NCBI RefSeq assembly: GCF_006345805.1
Contig: NC_043004.1
Coordinates: 69,192,001-69,256,000 of the forward strand
Origin: Octopus sinensis
Lineage: Eukaryota
Length of the DNA stretch: 64,000 bases
Reading direction: 5' to 3'
The number at the start of each line of letters is the position of its first letter. The first letter of the stretch is position 1. A program made the translations under genes and the position numbers. The notes below the pieces were generated by a model, which was not told the origin of the DNA, did not search any database, and worked only from the letters and a program-made list of their open reading frames with translations. Below are positions 12,568 through 24,739 of this stretch, one piece after another.

Positions 12568-13540
12568 TCATCATCATCATTGTTCGACCGTGGTCGAGAC
12601 AATGGAATTTACCATGTTGCGCCAGACTTCACGGTCCATCATAGCATTACGGAGGTCCTGTTGCTGGATGCCTGTATCCCTGGAGATTACATCAGGGTAG
12701 GAGAGTGTGCGCCCTCTGGTGTTGCGAGTAGATGGCTTCCAGAGGAGAAGAGTAGAAATTACTTCTTTTTCAGCTCTACAACAATGTCCAGCAAACTGGA
12801 CTCTCCTACCCTTCACAAGAGATGACACAGGTGGTAATTTCCCATATATTTGCATTTTAGTTGGATGGCGCCTCCACGAGAGATTTTGAGCTCTCATAAG
12901 GAGGCGAGTGTAGGTTCCATCCAACCGCCTCTCAAGCTTCTTTGATAACGTCCAGGTTTCTGAGCCATATAGTAGGATTGGTTCGACTGTGGCTTTGAAT
13001 ATTTCAAGTTTGAAGTCTCTACTTAGATTTGATGACCAGATCTTATGCATGTCATTACAGGCTGACCAGGCCATACCCTTTCTAGTTAGAAAGTCTTTTC
13101 CAGATGATGATATGTGTGACCCAAGATATTTATAATCAGAAACCATATTTAAAGGTGCACTGTTGAGAGTGTGGATGATGCAATCACTGTTGGACAGGCA
13201 CTTGTTTATGTATTCAGTTTTGGTCTCATTAAGGTAAAGACCTACACAATTTGAGGCTTGTTCAAGAGATTGTAAAAGAGACTGGGCATTGGAGAGAGAA
13301 TCACTGATGAGAGCGATGTCGTCAGCAAAGTCAGTGTCTGTCAAGTACTCAGCTGGGTGTCTGGAACTTCTTCTTGGTTTTATTTCAAAGCCCTTGCCAG
13401 AGATGGTATCAACTGACATACGTAGCACATAATCAACAACAATGATGAAAAGAAATGGGGCGAGTGTGTCTCCCTGCAGTATTCCGGCCTCGATCGAGAA
13501 AGATGATGTTTCTCCATCAGGGGTTAAGATGGTTGAAGAC
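12568..13540 (-). mobile_element. 5'-truncated RTE-clade LINE, copy 2, with uninterrupted RT C-terminal ORF and (TGA)n tail
   Basis: Open frame of about 320 codons: GILQGDTLAPFLF, DFADDIAL, YKYLGSHIS, LLYGSETWTL, FAGHCCRA, ending TTVEQ* inside the TGATGATGA tail. Confidence 0.96.
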
Positions 13541-13889
13541 TAGCACCGGAACTGCGAAGAGTGCCTTGCGCCATTTATCTTGGTCTCCAACGCAATCCAT
13601 TTCATTTGGTCCCATCTAAAATGATCCTCACCTCCATTGTCAAATTTACTTTTTCGCTTCTTAAACATCAGCATCTTCTGTTCCTGGTACCCCTGCGCAG
13701 GAACATTCTCCATTTACTGTTTTAAATAGCTTTGAGAGTTCTAGATACATGTCTTCTGAGAACTGATAATGCTCTCTTGCTATATGTAGTGATTGTGTTT
13801 TCGGTTTGCTGAAGGTAACAAAATAGGCATGACAATGGGACAATGAGACATTTTCCAGAACACTGTACATGAAGTAATATTTATCCCTA

Positions 13890-14210
13890 CTTAAACGTGA
13901 AGCTTAAGCAGAACAAACTTTATTGCGATAGATAGCCCTAGAGAAACTCTTATGTTGGCTTTTGGTACAAAATGCACGCTCGTTTATGTCTCTAGCAGGG
14001 AGGTTATTCCTAGCCATCTCTAGCACCGAGCCAACCAGATCACGCGAATTCGACCTTCCTTGGTATCGTCAATGATGGATGTTCAACCGCTTGAGATAGC
14101 AGCGACTCATCTCCTCACCAGCGATGTATAGAATAACAGTATCAGGACAGGTACTAGTGCCGCGATTAGCCAGTGAGCTTGTTAAAATATTGCCTCTGTC
14201 GCTAATAAAT
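13890..14210. repeat. Old unclassified repeat; relatives at 57860-58175 and 58215-58345
   Basis: Shared blocks include TGCGATAGATA, TGGCTTTT.GT.C.AAATGCAC, GAGATAG..CGACTCATCTC and GATTAGCCAGTGAGCTTGTTAAAA. Confidence 0.65.
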
Positions 14211-14467
14211 ACTGTCAGCACTGGTTTAGCGTTAATGTCTTGGTTTCACGTGAATGATGCGTCGTTCGAAAGAGCACCAATTCATTGGGTCCACTCCAGC
14301 CAGGTTTGTCTATAGTGTCCATAAATATAGACCAATCGATCTAACTGGGTAAACTTTCTTGTTTGTTTTATCTTTTTTTATCTTAACGGCCCTGGGAGAA
14401 GATTATCTTCGAATAATTAAATCGATAATTTCAGTTGATGTAAGTTTTTAAAACTTAGATCAACTAT

Positions 14468-14630
14468 AGGCGCAGGAGTGGCTGTGTGGTAAGTAGCTTG
14501 CTAACCAACCACATTGTTCCGGGTTCAGTCCCACCGCGTGGCACCTTGGGCAAGTATCTTCTACTATAGCCTCGGGCCGACCAAAGCCTTGTGAGTGGAT
14601 TTGGTTGACGGAAACTGAAAGAAGCCCGTC

Positions 14631-14709
<79 letters not shown>

Positions 14710-14790
14710 GTGTGTGTCTGCGTTTGTCTCCACAACATCGCTTGACAACCGATGACTGAAACAAGTAAAAGGATAAAAGAGTAAAGAGTA
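14468..14790 (+). mobile_element. tRNA-derived SINE family B (internal TA/TG microsatellite), with an internal deletion near the 3' end
   Basis: AGGCGCAGGAGTGGCTGTGTGGTAAG...CCGGGTTCAGTCCC...CCTTGGGCAAGT...GAAAGAAGCCCGTCG-(TA)n(TG)n...TGACTGAAACAAGTAAAAG. Confidence 0.92.
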
Positions 14791-14829
14791 AAGAGCATAT
14801 TACATATACGAAAGCCTAACGCGTTAGAT

Positions 14830-15364
14830 CAGTGATACTCAACCATTTTTTCTCTATTTGATTATTATTTTACTCAACTCATTTGATGATTTAAAAAAAA
14901 CCCCCTATATTTTTATAATTAGATATTAAGAATTGTATAAAAGTTTGTTAAAATATTTCGTCTACTGTAGAAGTATAAGCAAGAGGCGCAATGGCCCAGT
15001 GGTTAGGGCAGCGGACTCGCGGTCGGAAGATCGCGGTTTCGATTACCAGACCGGGCGTTGTGTGTGTTTATTGAGCGAAAATACCTAAAAGCTCCACAAT
15101 CTTGCAGGGGATGGTGGCGACCCTGTTGTACTCTTTCGCCACAACTTTCTCTCACTCTCTCTTCCTGGACTGGCATCCCATTCAGCTGGTGGGGGGGGGG
15201 GACACATACGCCACAGAAACCGGGAAAGCGGGCCCATGAGCCTGGCTAGGCTTGAAATGGCCGATGCTTATGGTTTTTATTAGAAGTATAAGCAATTTAA
15301 ATTTTAACAACAAATTCTTATATGGACCCCCAATGGTCATATGGACCTCGGTTAAGGACCACTG
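14830..15364. mobile_element. hAT-type MITE interrupted by a SINE
   Basis: Imperfect TIRs CAGTGATACTCAACC / GGTTAAGGACCACTG. Both flanks have TA at positions 4-5, but the 8-bp TSDs have diverged. Confidence 0.65.
14983..15280 (+). mobile_element. tRNA-derived SINE family C with 15-bp TSD
   Basis: A box TGGCCCAGTGG and B box GGTTTCGATT. TSD TAGAAGTATAAGCAA at 14968-14982 and 15281-15295. Confidence 0.93.
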
Positions 15365-15906
15365 TATTAGCCCTTAAATATTTAAACCACTGGACTGGTT
15401 GCTGAACAAAGATGGCTGTTGAATGGGAAAACAAAAATGACAAAAACAAATAAAAAAAATTTAAGTTAGACGTTTCAGAGAAATTCTTAAAAACAAAATC
15501 AACGTCATGAAGATTGAAAAAACTAAAAAATGGCGATGGTGATGATGATGATAACAATGACGACGGCGATGCTGCTGCTGCTGCTGCTGCTGGTGATGCT
15601 GAAGGTGATGGTGAGGCTAATTTTATCGTTTGAAAATGAATTTTTAGGAAATGAGATTTATTAGTTCAACTTTTCATAAATACATTCAATAAATTACAAA
15701 AATATTCTTTTACAAAAACAAAAAAAAAGACTTCTTAGCAGTTTATTTTGACGAGGATTTTATTCTTCTGTAAAGTTTAGTTTCAATTAATTTTTTTTAC
15801 AGTGGAAAAAATAACGAAGACAAAATAGTTTGAATATTTAAACACACACATACACATATGCATGCATGATTGTGTAGTATTTATATATATGTATCTCTCT
15901 CCCTCA

Positions 15907-15984
<78 letters not shown>

Positions 15985-16649
15985 GTGTGTGTTTGTGTGT
16001 GTGTGTGTTTAAATAATAAATAAAGATAATATCCTGCGCGTTAGATTAGGTGTTTATGCGTTGATAAAAATATAAACCGCCGGCATTGACATATTCTCTT
16101 TCAGCTTCTACTGTCGTCTGCATTTTCTTTCTGTCTTTTATTGCTATTTTTTTCTCTGGCTTTGCTATGGCGTCTACATGTCTGCGTTCACGAGTTCTGT
16201 GTCTCTAACGTATTAACGCTTTAAAACATCACAGCAGTCGCCTTTCTGCTTCCGGTCTTACATCACGGATGAGCCATCTCTGTCCACAGCAATCTTGGAT
16301 ATAATATATTACGCTCAGCTTCTGTGTTTCTGCTGTTGAAATATTGAAGTATCATTATCGCTTCCTCCTGTCGAAAGTTCCCAGTTATTTCATCATCAAA
16401 TGATGTGCGACTCCTCACTGACTCTCTCGTATATCACGTCCGTCTACCCCTGACAACCATTCCAGTCTTTCAAGAAATGTTAGCTATCTGTCAATCTTCT
16501 AATTTACGTCACTGCTGTTGTTGACGATGATAATGTCTATCTCTCAGCATTGATAAAGCTGTCCTATGGTCAAAAACGTTTAAGACAAGACCATCACGTG
16601 TTTGTGTATACCCACAACTAAATAACCCCTTAATTTTATTTAAAATAAT

Positions 16650-16715
16650 AGGATATAATTGAAAGGGATTTGACTGTTATTTCTCCCTGGTTGGATGACC
16701 GTAGAGAGGTCCTCG
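16650..16715 (+). repeat. Short dispersed repeat (GATTTGGCTGCTATTTCTAGCAG-like family)
   Basis: Related blocks near 34890-34935, 35000-35045 and 50165-50210, and reversed near 45035-45065 and 50760-50790. Confidence 0.55.
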
Positions 16716-17238
16716 CGTTAGCGCGTTACTCTTTATGTTTTTGCTGTGTGTATAACCTAAGAGATAGTGTAGGACATTCCATCAACGTGAAAGATCATTG
16801 GTTCGTGTCTTATCATCAGTACTGTGTTGTGTCAACAAATAAATCTAATTGACCCAACTAGGGAACACATTTAGATGGGCGTTTTGTGTATCATAAAGAA
16901 GAAATGACAACTAAATTCTCCCTCAAAGCACCATCTCAAATAAAGAAGGATGTGTTGCCATCTTCAGTTCGGTTTTCGTGTCTATCCTCACCTTTGGTCA
17001 TGGATGTTGAGTAATTAGCGAAATTGTACGAACACGAATTCAAGCGGCCAAAATGGGGTTCCTCTGAAAGACAGAATACGTATCTCAGAGATCAGAGAGT
17101 GTCTACGGGTCGAGCCGCTATTTCTCAGCATTGAAAAGTCACAGATCCGGTACAAGGAACATGTGTGATTAGAAATTAGTAATGGAAGAATATTTATCAA
17201 CTTAACACCATATATTCGTTAGGGTGTTGAACTCAGTG

Positions 17239-17490
17239 GAGGCGCGCGGCTTAGTGGTAAGGGTTTTTCGACACATGATCGTAAGATTATGGTTTCGATT
17301 CCTGGACCGGGCAACGCATTGTGTTCTTGAGCAAGACACTTTATTTCACGTTGCTCCAATCTACTCAGCTGGCAAAAATGAGTAATCCTGCAACGGACCG
17401 GGGTCCCGTCCAGGTGAAGAATTTATACGCCATAGAAATCGGGAAACTGGCCCTTATGAACCGGTATGACTTGAACGGTAACTTTACCTT
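17239..17490 (+). mobile_element. tRNA-derived SINE family D, variant tail
   Basis: GGCTTAGTGG...CATGATCGTAAG...GGTTTCGATTCC, body TTGAGCAAGACACTTTATTTCACGTTGCTCC...CTCAGCTGGCAAAAATGAGT. The same tail occurs reversed at about 54290-54402. Confidence 0.85.
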
Positions 17491-17549
17491 TATATGGCAT
17501 TCGATATTTTGCCCGATCTTACACCGAATCCCTTCTACAAATCCGTGTC

Positions 17550-17848
17550 GGCTTGTGGCTTAGCAGTTAGGGCAATCGGCTTATGATAGTAAGGCCGTGA
17601 GTTCGATTCCTAGCGGTGTGTTGTGTACTTGAGCAAAACACTCTATTCCACGTTGCTCCATTCCACTCAGCTGCCAAAAAATGTGTTGTGTCTGTAATTC
17701 AAAAGCCAGCCTTGTTATATTATGTGTTACCCTGAATATCCCCGAATACTACGTTATGGGTATGCGCGTCTGTGGAGTGCTCAGTTACTTGCTCATTAAT
17801 TTCACCAACCGGCTCGGATTAACTCGTCGTCGCAACCGACGGAGTGCC
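17550..17848 (+). mobile_element. SINE family D
   Basis: Same head and body as 39921-40232 and 51048-51374. Confidence 0.85.
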
Positions 17849-18544
17849 AGTATATCAGTCCACTAACCTTGAGGGTACTTAAAGTATTGATGACAATAAA
17901 CATAATAGAATCTGATTATTTGGTCATCAATTGTGCGTGAGTGAGTGTGCGCTCGTGTGTGTATGTCTGAAAATGTGTTTGTCTACTGATCAAAGAAACA
18001 ACATATTGACATTACGTGTGTTTGTGTGTGTTTTCAAACCCTCTAGTGTTTTCCTCCTCTCTCCCTCTTTCTCCCCTTCTTTTTCTTCCTCTCCCTCCCT
18101 CTCCCTCTTTCTCTCTGGCCAATCAAACAGCCAGGTTACAACAGCGGTCTATTAATGAATCAATTCATATGCAAAACAGCTCAAACTTCGTACATGTCGG
18201 AGCAGCAACAGCCCACGTAATAACGTTTCTGGTTGTTTCTGTTTCTATTTAATTTCCTCTCTATATATTTACTCATCACAATTCGCCTGTGGTTTTTCCA
18301 CGTGCTTAATTAACAAATCTTGAAAGAACACAATGGCTCAGTCGCGCGCCACTGTCTCACACAAGATTTACAGTATATCCTGTCGTATTGCATAGAACTT
18401 TGCTTCACTTAATAACCATACTTAATTAAAACATTGTTTGGTTGATTTACGTATTTATCAATATATCGACTGCTTTACACCCCCGTCCCCCCGCGATTTT
18501 AGGCCTTGTGCTTAAAACAGAAACGCTTGTTGCTATTATTATTA

Positions 18545-18583
<39 letters not shown>

Positions 18584-18586
18584 TAT

Positions 18587-19125
18587 TGAGTGAGAGAGCA
18601 ATGCATGACATCAAAGTAACACTGGGGTAAAATATACGAAGCCCAATATACCCATCATGACTACTCGTCTGGCACATGCATCACAACCATGTGTGTGCAA
18701 CATGGTGATCTCATATCAAGATAAACAGCACATGACCTTGCAGGTGGGGCCCAGTTAGAATTTTCTTCTGGTCGAGTAGCCCGTCCCGCTCAACAGGTCC
18801 TTGAATAAGGGTTGTTTAAGGATGTTGAACGAACCACCCATGTTTCCAAAGGTGAATTATCCAAACCTCTAAGAATTCCTTCCAACAAACGGCTATGATG
18901 CTCCCCCACTACTTCTGCTCGTGATCAGAGATGCACATATCGTCAGCCACCAAGGACATGGTCAACTGGTTAAGGTCAAACAACTGACAAGCAAATCTGT
19001 GGTATTGAGCAGAATATTTGCTGTAGCCCATCTTTTATACTAAGACAAAACAATGTACATGATAACACTTCCAATCAGTTAAGATCAGAAGCCATGAGAG
19101 CCCCTGCCTGGTACTGCATCAGAGC

Positions 19126-19130
<5 letters not shown>
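18587..19130 (-). mobile_element. 544-bp non-autonomous element flanked on both sides by (TAA)n
   Basis: Bounded by TTA repeats. Partial copies at 8193-8432 and about 25525-25655. No ORF. Confidence 0.85.
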
Positions 19131-19167
<37 letters not shown>

Positions 19168-19179
19168 AACTACTACTAC

Positions 19180-19390
19180 GGCGGTGAGCTGGCAGAATCA
19201 TTAGCACACTGGACGGAATGCTTAGCGGTATTTCGACCGTTGCTACGTTCTGAGTTCAAATTTCGCCGGGATCGGCTTTGCCAGTCATCCTTTCGGGGTC
19301 GATAAATTAAGTACCAGTTGCGTAAGAGGGTCGATCTAATCGACTGGCCTCTCCTCCAAAATTACAGGACTTGTGCCCATAGTAGAAAGG

Positions 19391-19395
<5 letters not shown>
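19180..19395 (+). mobile_element. SINE family A
   Basis: Family A head and body, with tail ATAGTAGAAAGGATTATT. Confidence 0.9.
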
Positions 19396-19434
<39 letters not shown>

Positions 19435-19447
19435 CATTATTATTATT

Positions 19448-19668
19448 AAGGCGTCGAACTGGTACAAACGTTAGCAGCCTGGGCGATTGCTTAGCGGCAT
19501 TTCGTCTGACTTCACGTTGTGAGTTCAAATTCCGCGGAGGTCGAATTTGCCATTTATCCTTTCTGAGTCGATAAATTAAGTCCGAGTGAAACACTGGGGT
19601 TGATGCAATCGAATATCCCCCTCCCTATCAAAATATTCCTGGCCTTGTGCCTATAGTAGAAAGGATCA
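19448..19668 (+). mobile_element. SINE family A
   Basis: As above, inserted in (TTA)n. Confidence 0.88.
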
Positions 19669-19679
19669 TTATTATTATT

Positions 19680-20030
19680 TTATAATCTTTGCACAGCTTC
19701 TAACACTGGAGATGTACTACGGTGTCATCTGTTCACTGCCAGTGAACTAAGGTAACACCCCTTATTTTTCGAGCACCTTCCGGAGTATTCGAGCGGTTCC
19801 AAGCAGTACTGTTTTCTGCAAGTGCTCCACTCTTATTGCATCTATATTTCTTCCATGTACTTCTCAAGATTTTTACTCACTGTTCACAGGGCTCCGACAA
19901 TTTTCATTGACCACAACTGTTTAATCTCCCAAGCTAACCTGTCAAATCTATCGACTTTTCTTTCTTCCTTATCGCATACCTTGTTGTTAGCAGGGCATGC
20001 TATATCTATGATCCAGCATTGTTTGCTTTG
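19680..20030 (-). mobile_element. 3' end of a second R4/Dong-like RLE LINE family
   Basis: Minus translation (with a frameshift) CWIIDIACPANNKVCDKEERKVDRFDRLAWEIKQLWS...HLQKTVLLGTARILRKVLEK*, then a 3' UTR ending in TAA repeats. Confidence 0.9.
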
Positions 20031-20841
20031 AGGCTAACTAATAGAATCCTTAGCCCGCCGGGCGAAATGCTTAGCGGTATTTCGTTCGTCTTTATGTTCT
20101 GAGTTCAAATTCAGCCGCAGTAGCTTTTTGCCTTTTACCCTTTCGGGGTCGATAAAATAAGTACCAGTTGCTTCTTCCCCGAAATTACTGGCATTATCTT
20201 AAAATTTATTTAAATTATGACGAGCCATAAAACGCACAATTAGGCTATCCACCATAGCGGTGGCCTACTTCATGATTGACTTATATCGCAGATGAGCTGT
20301 TTGGGGAAGGAAACCTGTTAATCTTTTCTGAGGATCGGTCAACAAACCATGAAACGGCCCTTCAGGAGTGTCTCTCCCTACTACCCATAATTTCAGATAC
20401 TTAAATATAAAATGGTGTCCTATAACTTGGAACAGAGAAGAGTAAATACACATACAATACTTGCATAATATTTAGATATACAATCTTTTCTTATACATAG
20501 TTTTCTTTGTTCAAGTTGATCGACCGAATTTATACCCCCGTTGTGTCTATCTAAGTGTTTGCCAGCATCACTAATATCTAACGCCTGTTTCTGTGTTTAG
20601 TTAAACATTCTAAAAGTTGTTCTCTTTGTGTGCATAATTTTACATATAATTCAGCTATGGTCGATTGATTCAAAATTTCGGTTGGCTCTGATAAATACCG
20701 CCAAAACCAATGTAGTAATAGTAACCACTCATCACTGGAAAATTCGTTGCATTATAACACGTGTTGATGAAGGCTGAAAAAGTGCAATGGTACATCCTAT
20801 TTTTTATTCTTTATCACGTATGTGCTGCATAATTTCTTTAA

Positions 20842-21135
20842 GCTTATTTAGTGGGTAGAATATTCGGCTCACGATCATAAGATAGTGAGCTCGATTCTCG
20901 GCAACGCATTGTGTCCTTGAGCAAGGCATTTTATTTCACATTGCTCCAGTCCATACAGCTTCCAAAAATGAGTTGAATCTGTAATTCAAAAGGGCCAACC
21001 TTGTCACATTCTGAGAACAACGTTAAGGGTACGCGTGTCTGTGGAGTGCTCAGCCACTTGCACGTTAATTTAACGACCACGCTGTTCCGTTGATCGAATC
21101 TACTGGAACACTCGTTGTAATCGACGGATAGCCGG
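20842..21135 (+). mobile_element. SINE family D
   Basis: TTAGTGGGTAGAATATTCGGCTCACGATCATAAG...CCTTGAGCAAGGCATTTTATTTCAC...CGTTAAGGGTACGCGTGTCTGTGGAGTGCTCAGCC. Confidence 0.87.
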
Positions 21136-21932
21136 GTCGTATATGAGTATATACGTGTGTCTGTGTCTGCATGTGTGTCTGTGTCTGCATGTGTGTCTGT
21201 GTCTGCATGTGTTTGCATATGTGCGTGTATACTACTGTTACACCACAATGATCACACAGACACAGGTATAACATACTGTTGTTAAAAGATGAACATGCTC
21301 GCGGCTACAATTTGCACACATTTAGATACTAAAACATACGCTTTCCATCCAACAGTTCTTGCACATTTCTTTCATAATCGCTCTCTTCCTGCCTCCAGCC
21401 ATCTACCAACCATATCCAGGGTTTTATACTTATTCAAAAAGCCAGTCAGTTGTTTCACACACATACACGTACATATCCACATACATGCATATACACATAC
21501 ATATGCACGCAGATGGATATACACATACAAGTATATACATGTAGACGGCTATATATACACAGTTTGAGGAAAATAAAGAAGCGGCACGATATAGTCTTCC
21601 GGCGACACACACAGACTTAATGCAAAATCTATAGAGGATTTTCACAATATCTTCTACTTGAATAAGAAGTACTTTGTTTTTATGTAACGATATTTATTAT
21701 AGATATATTCTAGTGAATTGGTAAAATTTGGCAATTCAAGCTAATATTACGCGATAATTTTCAATCGCTTTCAGTTTAAGCAACAATAAAATTGAAGTGA
21801 ATGTTAAACGTGGCGCATAATATTGGTGTTAAATAGTTTGCTGACTTCTCTGTTGCAAGTGGAGTGAAGACAAATGTTTTGGGCAATTATGATTTTCTAT
21901 AATCAATAAATCGCACTCTGTTTACATTCCCA

Positions 21933-22150
21933 ATGGATAAGTGGTTAAAAATCAATAAGTCAAGTGCTAATAAGCAGTACCCGAGCAACGTGAACGAAAG
22001 AGGTCATAATATCTACAACAATCTTCACCTTCGCAACTGCAAGACGAGCAAAGTGAAATTAAGAAAAGAAAATGTAATGCAACTTTTACTGCGTATGGTC
22101 ACACGTGGACTGGTGATCAAATTTCATCAAGTGAACTGTGTGATGTGGAA
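21933..22150 (+). pseudogene. N-terminal remnant of a hAT (Buster/ZBED5-like) transposase
   Basis: MDKWLK... then, after a frameshift, EIKKRKCNATFTAYGHTWTGDQISSSELCDV. This resembles the KKRKY...YGFTWTGD...P.C..C start of the BED-finger region. Confidence 0.55.
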
Positions 22151-22780
22151 AGGCTTTAAGTAATAGCAGCCTAAATCCAATACAAATTAACGCGATATTC
22201 AGGGGCAACACATTCCAATTTCAGAAAAATAAATTCAATTAGAGAAAATTTAAAAGGAACGTATTTAGAATTGAATCAAATGAAAGCTTCGTTTTCGAAA
22301 TAAATTGCCTTCAGATGCAATTGGTTTAATTTCTAATTTTAATGAAATGGTCACTTCGTAATATATCTAATTAAAAAGTTAGAAGTTATATCATGCTGAA
22401 GATTTCTAAAGAGAATGAAATAGTGCCACACATGATTACCCCCAACTGGGAATTGTAAGAAATTCATAATAGATAAGAAATTAAATAAGAAAATGAAATG
22501 ACAAACGAATAAACGATTATCATATGAACTTCATTAGCTCACAGCTGTTTCTACTATAAGATGCAATGGACTCATAGTTGAGTGCCTGAGTAACACCTTA
22601 CTGCTTCATCGGAACGTCGAATGCGGAGAAAAAATGTGTGCATTTCTTCCTTATATTCTTCAAATTCAAATTTTAAAATTCTAATTCCGCTTCATATTAC
22701 GAGGAGATGGTTATCTCCCTTCTATTAACGGTCATTACCAGTGGGAACCACATATATTTTTAAAGTGTTTTATATAAATA

Positions 22781-23303
22781 CTAGCAGTATCGCCCGGCGT
22801 TGCTCGGGTTTGTAAGGGAAATAACTATATAAGCATTTTTAGTGAGTTATAGCAAAAAAATAGCAAAAAAATGCATTAAAAATGGAATAAAAAATGATGG
22901 TAATTTTGGTGTCTTCAAGCCATGAAGTCGTTGTTCTAAAAGAACGCTGGTCTCCTTGACAATGCTTTACGACGTTGATTTCCTTAAACTCCCTTCCCCA
23001 CAGCTTCACGAGGGAGGGAAGAAGGGGGAGAAGCAACACAGGTGCAGGTGTGACCATGGACGCCAACACCGCCGCCATCGACACACGAAAAAATATGCGT
23101 TAAAATGGAAAAAAATGATGTTAAATTATTTTTAAAATCGTTGACTCATTGTAGACGCACGCTAATACCCAGACGTGCTCGATATGAATCACGACTATAA
23201 GATACCCGATTTTGGTTAAACTGCACCGCAAAATGTGGGAGTAGTTAGGAATCTAAATCGTAGGAGACAGACACTCACACAACTACAGTTTTATATATAT
23301 AGA
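22781..23303 (-). mobile_element. Non-autonomous Helitron, unit 1 (523 bp)
   Basis: Minus strand begins TC and ends with the hairpin CCCGAGCAACGCCGGG followed by CTAG, then T. Confidence 0.9.
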
Positions 23304-23818
23304 CTAGCAGTATCGCCCGGCGTTGCTCGGGTTTGTAAGGGAAATAACTATATAAGCATTTTTAGAGAGTTACTTCCCTTATAGATGCCAATTCGGGCTT
23401 TCTTAGCCATTTCTGTTTTGGTGTCTTCAAGCCATGAAGTCGTTGTTCTAAAAGAACGCTGGTCTCCTTGACAACGCTTTACGACGTTGATTTCCTTACA
23501 CTCCCTTCCCCACAGCTTCACGAGGGAGGGAAGAAGGGGGAGAAGCAAACAGGTGCAGGTGTGACCATGGACGCCAACTCCGCCGCCATCGACACACGAA
23601 AAATTATGCCTTAAAATGGAATAAAAAATGATGTTAAATTATTTTAAAAATCGTAGACTCATCGTAGACGCACGCTAATACTCAGACGGGCTCGATATGA
23701 ATCACGACTATAAGATACCCGAATTTGGTTAAACTGCATCGCAAAATGTGGGAGTAGTTAGGAATCTAAATCGTAGGAGACAGACACTCACACAACTACA
23801 GTTTTATATATATATAGA
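23304..23818 (-). mobile_element. Non-autonomous Helitron, unit 2 (515 bp)
   Basis: A|TC start, same 3' hairpin and CTAG. Joined precisely head-to-tail with unit 1. Confidence 0.9.
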
Positions 23819-23824
23819 TGTGTG

Positions 23825-23990
23825 TGTGTGTGTACGGCGGTCTTCCACATTTTTCGTCTACTAAATTCACTCGTATAGCATTAGTCGTTCTGTGCCCATA
23901 GAAGAAGACACTTTCTCAAGGCGCCGTGCAGTGGGATAGGACCCAAACTCACATGGTTCCAAAGCGTGTTTCTTAACCACATAGCCATGC
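23825..23990 (-). mobile_element. Degenerate 5' half of SINE family B
   Basis: GTCTACTAAATTCACTC...GAAGACAC...GCAGTGGGA...CACATGGTT...TAACCACATAGCCA. Confidence 0.7.
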
Positions 23991-24739
23991 GTCGAGTATT
24001 GCTGAAAACCTTGCAGGTTACTTATTTATTTATTTTTTATTGCCAGACAAAATGTGTCAATGAATAAGTATTTTCTGTATGAAATTGAAAAACAAGTTTG
24101 GGTCGAAAACTCATTTGTTGACGCGTTAAACGTAAGCAATCTTTCACGGAAAGCAAATTAACGGTAAATAAACATTCCAACGATTTTTACCTTAGAAGCA
24201 AAATTCCAGCAAAAGGAAGTGACAACGTTTTGGATTGCATTATTAATGGACTAGCGTACGAATAAGCAGAGCAGCTTTGAAAGTGTTAATACAATTTCTA
24301 ACGACATATTTATGTGAAGGAAATACTCAATAACAAAAAAAAAAAAGTAAAGGAAAGGAAATAGACTGAATATATAGAAGCTGAAGTTGTTACTAGTAAC
24401 GTCCATGCTTCCAAATATATATAGTCTCGTTTTTCACTGTTTCATTTATCAATGATCCAGGATAACACGGTAGACTTAATTGTGAACTGTGTTACGCTTA
24501 TCACGGATGATATGTGATAACACGGATCGGCGATCAGACAAAGATGCTGTTTGTACTGCAAAAAAAGGCACCTCAGTATCCATCAACATTGCCCAGCTAC
24601 TGACTATCGCTTCTATTTTCATGACCATACGGCGAGGCTGCATAAATTTACATATTCGTACTCATCAAGATGGGACCAATGAACAGAAAAAAAACAAACA
24701 AATGTGTCTGGTTCTCACAAACAACACAGACGGGTGAAT

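Noticed and set aside
13545-13880. 69-aa ORF (13661-13870) as a host exon
   Set aside because: No convincing splice context or domain. Only faint resemblance to a decayed RTE C-terminus.
14983-15055. tRNA-like heads here and in the other SINEs as true tRNA genes
   Set aside because: The A and B boxes are present, but acceptor stems are incomplete and each runs into a repeated SINE body.
16090-16520. Acceptor-like CTCTTTCAG followed by a hydrophobic frame
   Set aside because: The frame stops after about 40 codons with no donor. It could be old LINE debris.
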